Assembly: GCA_958009085.1 (NCBI GenBank)
Contig: OY253689.1
Location: 62,001-126,000, forward strand
From: Protoeuglena noctilucae
Taxonomy: Eukaryota
Direction of reading: 5' to 3'
DNA length: 64,000 nt
Shown: piece after piece, positions 39,101-50,033 of the stretch
How the letters are laid out: each line of letters starts with the position of its first letter
Position numbering within the stretch: position 1 is the stretch's first letter
Position numbers and translations under genes: made by a program
Notes under the pieces: model-generated
What the model saw: the letters and a program-made list of their open reading frames with translations, nothing else
Database searches by the model: none
Told to the model about the DNA's origin: nothing

Positions 39101-39429
39101 GGCAGGCGAGGGTGGCAGTGGCGCCGCAGTTGGGGGGGTCGCGGGCGGGGGGGCGGAACGTGCGGGCGCGGCTGGCGGCGGTGTTGGACGCGCGGCTGCT
39201 GGAGGGGCCGCTTCTGGGGCTGGTGCGGGAGGAGGGGGTCGCGTACTGGGCCCCGTCGCAGCGCGTGGTGCGCGCGCGGGTGCGGCGGTGGGTGGGGCGG
39301 GCGGCGGTGGGGGAGCGCGAGGTGGAGGCGGGGCGGGTGCCCGAGGGCGCGAGGCGGCGGGCCGAGGAGACGAAGGGGGAGGTGGCGTTTGAGATGACGA
39401 GGGATGACATGTTGATGGACCTGCAGTGA
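36194..39429 (+). CDS. hrpB: HrpB-like DEAH-box RNA helicase, apparently lesioned and C-terminally truncated (possible pseudogene)
   Basis: LPI...VVVEAPPGAGKTT, QPRRLAA, DEFHER, MSATL, VLVFLPGVGEI, LHGDL, STAVAETSVTVEGV and SAEQRAGRAGRVQPG are present. There is a 31-nt duplication, an apparent frame switch near 38470, and no HrpB C-terminal domain. Confidence 0.8.
36658..36719 (+). repeat. Perfect 31-nt tandem duplication at the start of hrpB exon 2
   Basis: gggaagcgcatcgtcgtgctgcagccgcgcc occurs at 36658-36688 and 36689-36719. Confidence 0.95.
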
Positions 39430-40203
39430 TGGGTCGGAAGCCTTTTGAAAAGCGTAGACGATGGTACGCGCATGGTACGCGGCAGGAATGACCTCTTCCT
39501 GCCAGCGCCGTGTCGCGCCCCTGGCCCGGGATGCGACGTTGATGCCATGTCACCCTTTGACATACGTTGCTGGCAGCGGTTCTTCAGCCTGTACTCAGCG
39601 AAGGACGCATCCAGTCACCGGTGATAATGTCGAATCGCGTGCTCACGCGGGACGTCCGATCGGAGTCCGAGAGCTGTGTAGGCGAGGCACCGTGCGTTGG
39701 CAATCTGCCGAGGACGTGTGGACGCTCTAGAGTCCCTCGGCGCCGAGGGAGCAGGATCTGGGCAGATTCGTTAACGTGTAGTGGCGAGAGAGGCCCGGTG
39801 GCAGGTGAACCGCGGCGGACACGCGCAGGGGTCTATCCAAAGCTGCCTGTTGATGGGGAGTTACAGCACTTGCGGCTGTGGATGGTGCGGGGCGTTTCAG
39901 GCTGATATTGGTGCTACGTGCTTGCGAATGCCCTGCCACGGCGCGTTCTCGCTCTTGTAACGCGTTCCGGAACCTGCATGCAGGCGTGATGGCAAGGTTG
40001 AGTGTTTCTTTGCCACCGCGCGTCGATCTCGAACGGGTCGCGGCCTTTTGGTACATGTCCGCGTATCGCAGATGTCGGGGTAGCTGGGCGCGCCCGCCAC
40101 CGCTCGGGGGCGGGGCGCAGGCCCAATCTGCCCTCTCTTTCGCATGCATGCAGGCCGTCGGAGTGGACCCGCGCCGGGGCTTCGACAGGAAGGGATGCGT
40201 TAG

Positions 40204-42737
40204 ATGAGCGAGAAGCAAGAATGGAGAGGCGGACATGCAGGAGGGCGGGGCAGGGGCAGAGGCAGGGGCAGGGGTCGGAGTGGAGGGAACCCAGGCCCGA
40301 GCACGTCGGCGCGAGGTGGCCCCGTTTCCGTCCAGCCGCAGCCCGCACCGAGAGGGCCGCGGGCCCAGGGCCGCGAAGGGGCACGTCAGACGAGCGGTAA
40401 TCAAGGGCAGGAGGGTGGGCGAGCGACAGGGGGCGCAGGGAGTGGGAGTGGAGTGAACGGAGGGGCGAGCACGTCGGCACGAGGGGGCCCTCCCGTTTCC
40501 GTCCAAACGCACTGCAACCACTGCGATCAGATGTGGGTCCGAAAGCCCGACGCACTGGGTTCCCGTACTTGGAGCAAGGGCCTCTGGCACCAGCAGCCCG
40601 CTCCGACGGGTGCCTTTGACGAGAGAAGCCGTGTGACGATCCTGTGGGACATGGACCAGGTGATATTTAGGGTCTGTTCTTAATGCCACTATATGATGCA
40701 GTGGATTATAGCACCAAATAAGATGACATGATAAATGTTTGCCTGCTTGACCTGCATGCAGGTGCCCATTCTGTGCGACGAAACGTCTATTCTAAAAGAA
40801 CATAAATTAAGGGTGAGTATCTGGCATATTTATGGCATGAAATTTACTGTGCTGACACTTTAGGAGACATGCGCTTTACGCTGCTCGCATTCTGCAGGGT
40901 CAACCATCCATGACCCACTCTGATGTCCACAATGCTCGTCAGCTGTGGTCCACCACCCGGTACGGGATTCTTCTGGAAGCTTTTGGCTCGAGTTTGGGGG
41001 TCGGTGTACAAGTGGAGCTGAAAGGTGTGAAGAAAATTACTCCAAACACTTCTACGGACCCAGACCCAGACATCAAGATTCGCAACCACGTGGACGTGGT
41101 GCAAGTTTTGCAAGTCGAAGATGTCAAAAGTGAGTAAGATGTTTGTGTTAATTTCTTGATTTCCAATTTTCATCTTTTTTAACTATAAATTGCTTCGCAC
41201 AAACTCGCAGAAAAAACGGAGAACTGGATCAAGGCTGTCCTTCAAGATGCTAACCGGGGTGACGCCCTTGTTCTCATAAGCAGCAATCACAAAGACTACA
41301 AGACTAGCCTTGAAGAAGCCAGAGACGAGAAAGGTACGTGCGCCTCACAGCCTTGGTACGCCGTTTTATGTGCGATTGTTTTCCCCCCTTTCCACCCCGC
41401 GTTGTTTTATGTGTACAAAAGTGAAAATATTACTGATATTACTGATATTTAATTACATGTTACTACAATAATACTTTGCCAACATTATATCATGCAAGCG
41501 TCCTTTGCAATAAATGCGGATGTTAAAGCACATTGGGTACCAGTGGCGATTATTTCTCCACGCAGGGATGAACATCTACCTTCTCGGCACGGATGACGGT
41601 GTGGGCGATGAGCTGCGCGACGTCGCCCATTGGTATCAGGTGCGCAAGCACATGCACTTGAATTCATTGCTTATACTTGTTCATCTTTCAGCTTCTGATG
41701 GCAAATGTGGCGCGTATTGGTTGCTGCAGAAGTTTACTGCTTTACTGGGAATTCGAGGTCAAAATTGGACGCCACGGTCTCAGCGGGAGGCAGCTTGGGA
41801 AATCAGCAGTGAGAAGAAGGACCGGAGGTGGGCTGTGGACAATATGAAGGAGGTGCAGTTAGAGGGGCAAGAGGGGCAGGGAAAGGGGCAGGGGCAGGGG
41901 CAAGAGGGGGGAATGCAACTAACAAAATCCTCAGAGACACGTTCTTACACCACGGTTGTCAAAGACCGCACCCTAGAAATATCAGACACCAATATTTCAC
42001 TGAACCTTTCTTCCAGCCGGTATGCTTTTCATGTCCAAGGCAAGGGAGTGCTTAAGCTCAAGAATGTGGACCTTCAGAAAAGCGGAATTTGGTGCGAAAG
42101 GGGGGGTGAGGTTATTTTAGAAGACGTGAGTGTGTTTGATGCCCCGGACAGCGGGATTTACGTCGATGGGTATGGCAAAGTCACTTTCACACGTGGCGAA
42201 ATCAAGGGGACCGTCAGGCACAACGGGGTCACTTGCAGGGATGGCGGCAAGGTAGAGCTAGAAGACGTCGCAATCTCTGACTGCAGTGTGCATGGCGTTC
42301 TATGTGTCGGCATGGGCAGCGAAATGAGGGTAGAGGGGACGGATATAAGCAGCTCGAGAACTTTCAACGGGGTGTACTGTGGCAATGACGGAAAGGTGAT
42401 CTTGACCAACGTCCATGTCCGTGACTGCAAGAGATCTGCGGTGTACTGCACAGGCGAAAAGGCCAATGTGGAAATCAGTGGTGGGTCTCTTTCTAGTTCC
42501 AAGTCGGAACACGGGGTGTGGTGCAAGTACAAAGGGTCCAAGGCTACTGTTAGGAATGTAAATATTAATAACTGTATGGGCTATGGTCTGTTCACCGAGG
42601 ATGATGGCAGCGCCATCATAGTGGAGGAGGGCTGCACGTTTGCTGAGTGCGCCAAAGGGAACATATACATTTGTGGTCAGATATACGAGACGCGCCCCGC
42701 ACCGCCAGCTGGCAGAAATGGTGGTGCTTTGCATTAG
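40204..42737 (+). CDS. 6-exon gene: RGG/low-complexity N-terminus, NYN (LabA/DUF88-type PIN-like) domain, right-handed parallel beta-helix
   Basis: Exons 40204-40659, 40762-40812, 40898-41129, 41211-41333, 41566-41639 and 41730-42737 join in frame through GT-AG introns (phases 0,0,1,1,0). Motifs: VTILWDMDQ...DALVLISSNHKDYKTSLEEARDEKGMNIYLLG...DELRDVAHWY, then about 8 G-[IV]-x-C repeats of 23-25 aa. Confidence 0.75.
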
Positions 42738-43354
42738 TGTGCCTCCAGCAGGCTGCGTGCCTATGACACGTGCCTGCAGCGCTGCCAGTATCGCCTCGGA
42801 CGCTGCCGTGGATGCCATCTGTGTTCGCCCAGACTGCGCATCCCAGCAAGGTATGCTGTGTTGAGTCAGCAAGGCGGCAACTTGGCTTTGCACAGGAGAG
42901 CGTGCCCTGCCACACGTGTCCACGACCCTAATGTACATGTGTTGCAGTGCTGTCGACTGGGGCGGCAGGCTTTTAAACAGCATAGGACATTAGGTGCTTG
43001 CCTCCTTTTCTCAGTCTTAATCCTAGGGTACGCACTTGGTCAGGGGCCGACATGAACAGCTGCCGAGGGGCGGCAAGCTGGTTTGTTTGGGGCATTGTTA
43101 CTGGTGTTTGGCCGGCATAGCCATGGCGCGCAACATCAAAGGGCACCGGGGCTAAAGGAGTCAACAACACGGGCGGTGCCAGCGCTGCGACTGCGCTACG
43201 CTAGGAAGCCCAACTGCTATGCCGCTTTTGTGACCTGATATTGCTAGAGCCTTGTATAGACGTGGTCCCTTTCGTCTAGCAGCGCCTAAAGTGAAAGCGA
43301 ACCCATGTATCCTATCACTCAAAAATGCGTGAACGTGGCTAGTGACCAAGTCTA

Positions 43355-45725
43355 TCAAGCAGCCACCTGGCGGACAGCGCGTGCCAGTGCCTCCTCAGCC
43401 TGGGGCCATCCCTTGAGGGATGGCAAGTAGTTGACGTCGATCACGTGGTGGGTGCCATCTCGGGCATCCACAATGATGTCAATGCCCAGCACGGGGAGCG
43501 ACAGGGACCTGGGACGGACGAGGGGTGGAAGAGAGCTGTGATTGGAGTGCGCTTTTGGACCGAGAATCGAACCAACAAAGACTTAGCTGTTCGCCAAAGC
43601 GCCTTAAATCAGGTATCACCTGTGCAGTGCCTCCGCAATGGCTGCGACCGCCTCCTCCCTCAACGCACACCCCGCCGCAGTCGTTGACTGCCCTTGATCC
43701 ACATCATGCCTCTCGTCTCTCTCATGTTCCTGCAACACCCCATGCTCCTGGCCGCCCCTGTGCTCTCCCGCCCACGGCCCCAGCAACCCCGCCACGTCCC
43801 TTGCATTGTCGCGGAGGCTATCGAAGACCACCCCCTCGCAGTGCCAGGACCCCAGGCGCACCGTGAAAGGTCCCTTGCCCGCAATGGTGAGCGGTTGAGC
43901 TGACGTCGATGCGGCACCTGGGCACCAGTGGAGGTGAGGTGATGCATAGCTATCAGCTGCACCCAGTGTAACGACTCGCTCCCACCGCCCACTCGCCTTT
44001 TGCACCAACACCCCCGCCCCGCCCCGGCCCGGGAACCAGGTCGGGAATCGAATCCTTGTCCTTGACGTGCAACAGCCCCCCCGCGCTGTACACCTTGAAC
44101 AGCCTGGCCCCGTGCGGCACGTACGCCTGCAGCAGCACAGGGCCCTCCACCAGAGACGCAGGCAGCACCGTGGTCGAAGCGACTGTGGATGCTCTGACAG
44201 TCGATGTCATCGAACCAGCACCACGGTTGGTATCCCTAGTGTCACTGGCGTCGCCAGCGCTGCCCCCCGCAGTGTCTGCTTCCCATGCGCCGCAAACCGC
44301 CGCCATTTCGTGGGCCTCCCGGGCCCAGCAGGCCACCCGGGACTTTGCCAGAAACGGGGCCCTCATCCCAGCCGCCATGGCCTCCGTCAGGGCATCGCCG
44401 TCCATCGCACGCGCAGCCACGGATGCAGGTACGCCCACTGCCACCTCACTGGCATTACATGCCTGGCAACCCAACGCTGCCCCAGCCCCTGCACCCGTCT
44501 CAGCCCTCGGTTCGCCACCGCTGCCACTCACACCGCCCCTTGCCATCGGCACACGCATGTCCGCCAGTGCCGCACCCAAGGTCTCTGCCATGTCTAGGCG
44601 ATCCGCGACCTTCCGTAACTGACTCAGGGGACCCACCACCGCCACGCCTGCAGCTTCGGCAGCCCTGCGTTGCGGGCAATGGCAGCGATGTGAGAGATGG
44701 GTACATTGGCAAGTCGCAAGTGGCTGCTCTGTGGACCCATGGACAGAGTTTGCTGCCGGGTTGCCAACCCATCTCCACCACCTCACCGGCACCACTGCGT
44801 GATGCGGGGGGCAAAGTCATAGCGTCCCCCGATGGGTCCATGGGGAGGGTGAACTGCTACCAAGTCATCTGTGGCCTTGTGCAGCAGCGCGTCGATGCGT
44901 TGGGAGAAGGGGAGCGAGAAGGGGGAACCAGAGGGGCACGACTGCGGGTGTGGGTGAGGGGACGAGAGGCATGATGTGGGGCTAGCATACTAACAAATCC
45001 TCAGTGAGCCCAACATCGTTACTAGCATCCCCTCACCTCCCAGAGAGGCACGAAGGACACCCTGTGGCTCCCCAGGAGGGGCACCAGGCCCCGGGTCGTG
45101 AGCTCCCGGGTGCGGTGGGCAGACAGCACGTACGCGCACACCCGCACGGCCAGGGACGAGCGGAGCGAGGCAGCTGCGGCGTAACTCTGCGGGGCGACGA
45201 GAGCGGCGGTGTGGATCGATGTGGCCACGCCACCCGAGGGGCAGGTCAACCATACCGCATGCATCAGCCCATGCACGGCCCGCCACTCGCCAGGAAGTGA
45301 GCCAGTGCATCTGCGTCGCACGGCAGCTGGACCTCCTCAGACCCGTTCCCTCTCGCGTCCCGGCATCGGGCCACGGCGTCGACCCTCCCCGTGGCTGCAT
45401 CCCACTGCAGCGACACGTCGCACACTGCGCCCTCCCCTCCCGGCCCGTGGAACCGGACGAGGCTCGACGTCATCGACGGCACCTCCGACGCAGCATCCGA
45501 GTCGCACGTAAGCGGTTCCGCTCGCACATTGGCGCCGGCGCTTTCGATCGCGGACAGCGCCGCGAGGAGTGCGCGATGAAAGTCCCCTAGCAGCGCAGGA
45601 GGGCTCCCTGCAATTTCGAGCAGCGACCGACCCGGTTCATGAGCTTCATCAGGACCGCGTGGGAACACATCTACATTCATCGCGGCCCTATGTTGCTCGC
45701 ACGGCTCGGGCGCGGCGATAGGCAT
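43355..45725 (-). CDS. ITPK: Inositol 1,3,4-trisphosphate 5/6-kinase (ATP-grasp), ITPK4-like with an N-terminal extension
   Basis: VCAYVL...RGLVP...SFVPL, DALLHKATDDL, FLAKSRVACWAREAHEMAAV, LLQAYVPHGARLFKVY, GIDIIVD...HVIDVNYLPS. Confidence 0.85.
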
Positions 45726-46181
45726 GGCGGCCGCGCGCAGTTGATAGCGCGGCCACAAATGCAGACATCGGCTGCGGCGACGTGAACAGACTATTTATCT
45801 ATCTGTGCTTTGAGCCTTTCGTCAGACGCAGCAAACGCACCGCTGGCGTATCGCTTCGCCGTCAGAGAGGCTGTTCACTGGCAGCGCTCGAGCTACACGC
45901 CCACGCTCGATGTCTGCATCGTGCATTTCTCACCCCTCGCAGCGGGGCACCCACGGGCTCCCTCGTCCGGCTCTCAAACAGCGGCGCCCGCCCTCTGCCT
46001 GTGCAACGCGCTGGCTTTCGCGCCGCTCCCGCGCATGACTGCGGCTGTTCTGCCGCCAACAGAACCCTAGCAAGATCAGCAGCCTCTAGTGTACGCCGGC
46101 TGTCCCCCCAGTCTCAACGCGGAGCGGGCGGGTCCCATCTCCCGTCCGCTCCCTGCCCAGACCCGCGTTGGGCGCTTAGAG

Positions 46182-49100
46182 ATGAGCGAGGCCCCGCTGC
46201 TGTCGGAGGCGAGGTCCTCTGCGATCCCCATCCAGGTCGCGTCCACGGTGAGGCGCAACGTGTGCGGCGCGCTCTGCCCTAGGGAGGCAGCCATCCCGGT
46301 CGAGCCCCCGACAGCGCTGGTGGCGTTTCCGCGACTGGACTGCCATCGCCGTCCGTTGCTGTTCTTCACGCGAGTGCTGTGCAGAGCCTTAGACGCATCG
46401 CGGCCCACCCACGCAGGTGGACCCGCCCTGCCCTACCGCCGTCTCTCCCCTGGTCTCCCCGCTCACCCACGGAGACATCGACAAGGTGCGTGCGTGTGCT
46501 TGCGAATGTACGTGACTCTGCAAGTCGCATGGTCTGCCAATCGCCGCTGCTCGACTCGCGAATCCGCCCAATGACGGTTGTGTTGATTGCTGTTAAAAGC
46601 TCCGCGCCGCCGCCCACTCTCCCCGCAGTTGATGCACAAGCGGCCCCGGTCTGCTCCGAACGGTGCGTTCCCGCCCCCGACCGTCGACGGCGCGGAGAGC
46701 GCCGCGCGCACCCACCGATCCTTCGCGTCACGCATCCAGGCGCGCCCCGCCCGCGCCACGCGACGCGCCTCGCCCCGCTTAGCATTGCGCCTTTCTTATA
46801 CGCATTACACCTCCACGCAGGAGGCGCTGGGAGAGGGCAACTGGGGCTTCCAGCCCCGCCGTTCGTACCACAATGCGGCGGCCCCCAAGCCCCTGGCCAT
46901 CCTCCCCCTCGTCGCCCTCATCTTCTATGAGGTGTCGGGTGGCCCCTTCGGCACTGAGGATGCGGTCCGCGCGGGGTCGCCCTTCGTGGCACTCCTAGGT
47001 GAGAGTGGCGAGTTACTTCGCATTGCTAGGCATACGCATGCACTGCGCCAGCCGCGGCCATGTCCTGAGAATAAGCAAACTTGCTCCGAATTGCCTTCGC
47101 CTTCCTCTCGCTCACTGTCACCCCTTATATCACTCCGCATCGCTCACCCCAACCGCCGGACGTCACCGCCGCACCCCACCTTCCGCGCGCCCCACCGCCC
47201 TCCCCAAGACTCGTTCCCCTACCCCCCCACCCCCGCAGCCTTCGCGATCTTCCCTTTGATCTGGTCCATCCCCGAGGCCCTGGTCTGCGCTGAGATGGCC
47301 ACCATATTCCCAGAGAACTCCGGATATGTGGCGTGGGTCACGGCGGCCTTTGGTCCCTTCTGGGGCTGGATGGAGGGGTTTTGGAGCTGGGTCTCGGGGG
47401 TCACGGACAACAGCGTGTACCCCGTCCTGTTCATGTCCTACCTGGGTGAGTTTCGAGATGGGTGGTGATATGTTTAGTGGGCGACACTGCTGCTGTTGCA
47501 TTGGCAGTAAGGTCGTTCGTACCCCGCTCTCCTTATGGATTTGCACAAACAACAAAGCCCTTCAAATATTTCTGTATCAATACGCTGACATCGCCGTCTC
47601 ACGCTTCTCATCGTTGCTACCCGCAGAGACGGCCTTCCCCGCCCTCCAGTCCGGCCCCTGGCGCATCGCAGCCCTGGTGTCCTTCAACGTCGCCCTCACC
47701 TACATGAACTGGCGGGGACTGACACTCGTGGGGCGCACCGCCATACTCCTCACCGCCTTCACCATCGCGCCCTTCCTCGTCATGGGTGAGAGAGATGAGG
47801 GGGTGATGAGGACTTAGATAGTATGTAGACATACACAAATACACCCTTTTTCGTGATAAGTGAGAAAGACAAGGGGAGTTGATGGGTGCTTACGAGAGTG
47901 GATGTGGCATGAGCGCATGCACGCGTGCCTAACTCCAACCTGCAGATGGAGATATGTCCGGGCACATTTGATGATGTAATGAACCACCTCTCTACCTCAC
48001 CCCCCCCCCAGGCCTGCTGGCCCTCCCCCGCATCTCTCCCGCCAACTGGCTCCGCGCCGACTGGGCCCACGTGGACTGGCCCGACATGCTCAACATCGTC
48101 TTCTGGAACCTCAACTACTGGGACTCTGCCAGTACCCTGGCCGGGGAGGTGCAGAACCCGGGAGTGACGTTCCCCAGGGCCATCGGTGGGGCGGTGGTGC
48201 TGGTGGTGGCCATGTACCTGCTGCCCATGCTCGTGGGGCTGGGGCTGCCCACGAGGCAACAGGACTGGACGGAGGGGTACTATGCGGTGGTGGCAGGGAC
48301 TGTGGGGGGGCAGTGGCTGGCCGGGTGGGTGATCGCGGCCGCTGCCGTCAGCAACGTCGGTCAGTTTCAAGCGGAGATGTCGTCAGATTCGTTCCAGCTG
48401 CTGGGCATGGCCGAGAGGGGGTTCCTGCCCGCCGTGTTCGCCAAGGTGAGGGTACTGGGCGGGTGACGTGAGATGCAATGGGGTGCCCAACCATACTGTG
48501 TGTCTTCCTAGTCACCCCATCGCAACTGCTAGTATGTATAGTAGTAGTACTATGTATCGTGTCTGCCATCACACACCACACCACACACCCCACTCCTACC
48601 ACCCCCAGCGTTCCTGCCACGGCACCCCCACCCTTGACACCCTCCCACCGACCCCACATCTCTCACCTAGCTGCCACCAAACACCCACCCACCCCATCCC
48701 ACCCCACCCCCAGCGTTCCCGCCACGGCACCCCCACCCTGGGCGTCCTGCTCTCCTCCCTGGGCATCGTGGCCATGCTCACCCTCGACTTCACGGCCATC
48801 GTGGAGCTGCTCAACGCCATCTACTGCTTCGCGGAACTACTGGAATTCGCGGCGTTCGTGCACCTCAGATACAAGGCGAGGAGTGGGGCTTCAGTAATGG
48901 TGGTGATGTGGGTTGGCATTCGTGCATTAGGGATGCAAGGTGAGAGAAGAGGTGGGGCAGCGTTGGTCACAAGGAAGAGCAAGCGCTGTGCTTCCATCCC
49001 TGCTCATCGCCTATGCCGCCCCTGCGTCACTCCCACCCCATCTTCACCCCCGGAGCACCCCCACCTTCATCGTCCCTCTCACCCCCACCCCACCCTCATC

Positions 49101-49888
49101 CCCGCAGCACCCCCCCCTTCATCGCCCACTCTCACATCCACCCCATCCTCACCCCCGCAGCACCCCCACCTCCATCGCCCCTACCGCGTCCCCCTCCCCA
49201 ACTGGGCCGTCGTGCTGCTCCTCCTCCCCGCCTCTGCCCTCCTCTGCTTTATCATCGGTGATGCGACTGCTGCGCATTCATGCATCCATTGTTGTCGCTG
49301 TGTGCCACGATACCCCAGTCATGCGATTGCACCCACAACGGGCCCCATTCCACACCCTCGCTCCACATCTCCCCTTCCCTTCCAATCCGCCCGCTGTCCC
49401 ACTCCCTCCCCACCCTTCCATCCCCCCCAGCCCTTCCCATTTGGAACGGCCGCTGGCGCGTCATCCTCTACTGTAGCATCGCCACCGCCATCGGCGCTGT
49501 GCTCTACCCACTGGGGCAATACGCCAAGCGAAAGGGGTGGGTCACGTACCTGGCAGACCCGCCCAGGGGAGTGGAGGACCTGGTGGGGGCAGCGCCCACG
49601 CACTTTGAGGATGTCTATGATGACGAGTGGGCGACGTCCACGGTCACGACTGAGGACGGCGCGGGAGGTGACCTGGAGGGGCAGGGGTTGCTGGGGCATG
49701 CCAGGGGTGGCGTGCGGAATGGGGGGGCGGGGTTGGCGGGTGCCGGGAGGGGCGGAGGGGAGGGGGAGGCCGGGGGCAGCGGGGAGAGCCGGGGGTCGTT
49801 ATCGGTGGAGGGGTTTGCGTTCGGATCGCTGCTGGGGTCGACGGCGCCGGGGCATCGACGGGGGGTGCGGGTGCAGGACGAGGGATGA
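46182..49888 (+). CDS. APC-superfamily polyamine uptake transporter (PUT/RMV1/LAT family)
   Basis: [85 protein letters not shown]. Confidence 0.92.
48600..48740 (+). repeat. Intronic copy of the downstream 3' splice site and exon start (105-nt offset)
   Basis: ccccag|cgttcctgccacggcacccccaccct (48603-48634) versus the true ccccag|cgttcccgccacggcacccccaccct (48708-48739). Confidence 0.85.
49030..49190 (+). repeat. Three imperfect ~53-nt tandem units spanning an intron-exon junction
   Basis: The unit ccaccccatcctcacccccgcagcacccccacctccatcgccc recurs with AG ending at 49055, 49107 and 49160. Confidence 0.85.
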
Positions 49889-50033
49889 GGGGCGGCGGTG
49901 GGTGATGGCATGTGCATGTATGGGAGATTGCGTATGAGCGTGCGGCAGTGCGAGTGCCGACGCTGTGAGATACGTGACTGCTCGAGGTTGAAGCGGCGCA
50001 CTTAGAGCAAGTTGCTGAAAGCCAGTCGTCGCC

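Noticed and set aside
39427..39429. In-frame TGA as possible selenocysteine or readthrough
   Set aside because: No redox motif, no SECIS identified, and the downstream peptide is not HrpB-like.
18776..39429. Bacterial contamination suggested by mraY, hrpB and the YqeG-like phosphatase
   Set aside because: All carry spliceosomal introns, have host-like composition and are interleaved with eukaryote-specific genes.
39430..43350. Lower-GC region as a defined transposon or endogenous virus
   Set aside because: No terminal inverted repeats, LTRs, target-site duplication, transposase, reverse transcriptase or capsid motif found by eye.
42300..43358. Minus-strand ORFs downstream of and overlapping the beta-helix exon
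   Set aside because: No motifs or convincing splice chain; partly antisense to a better-supported gene.
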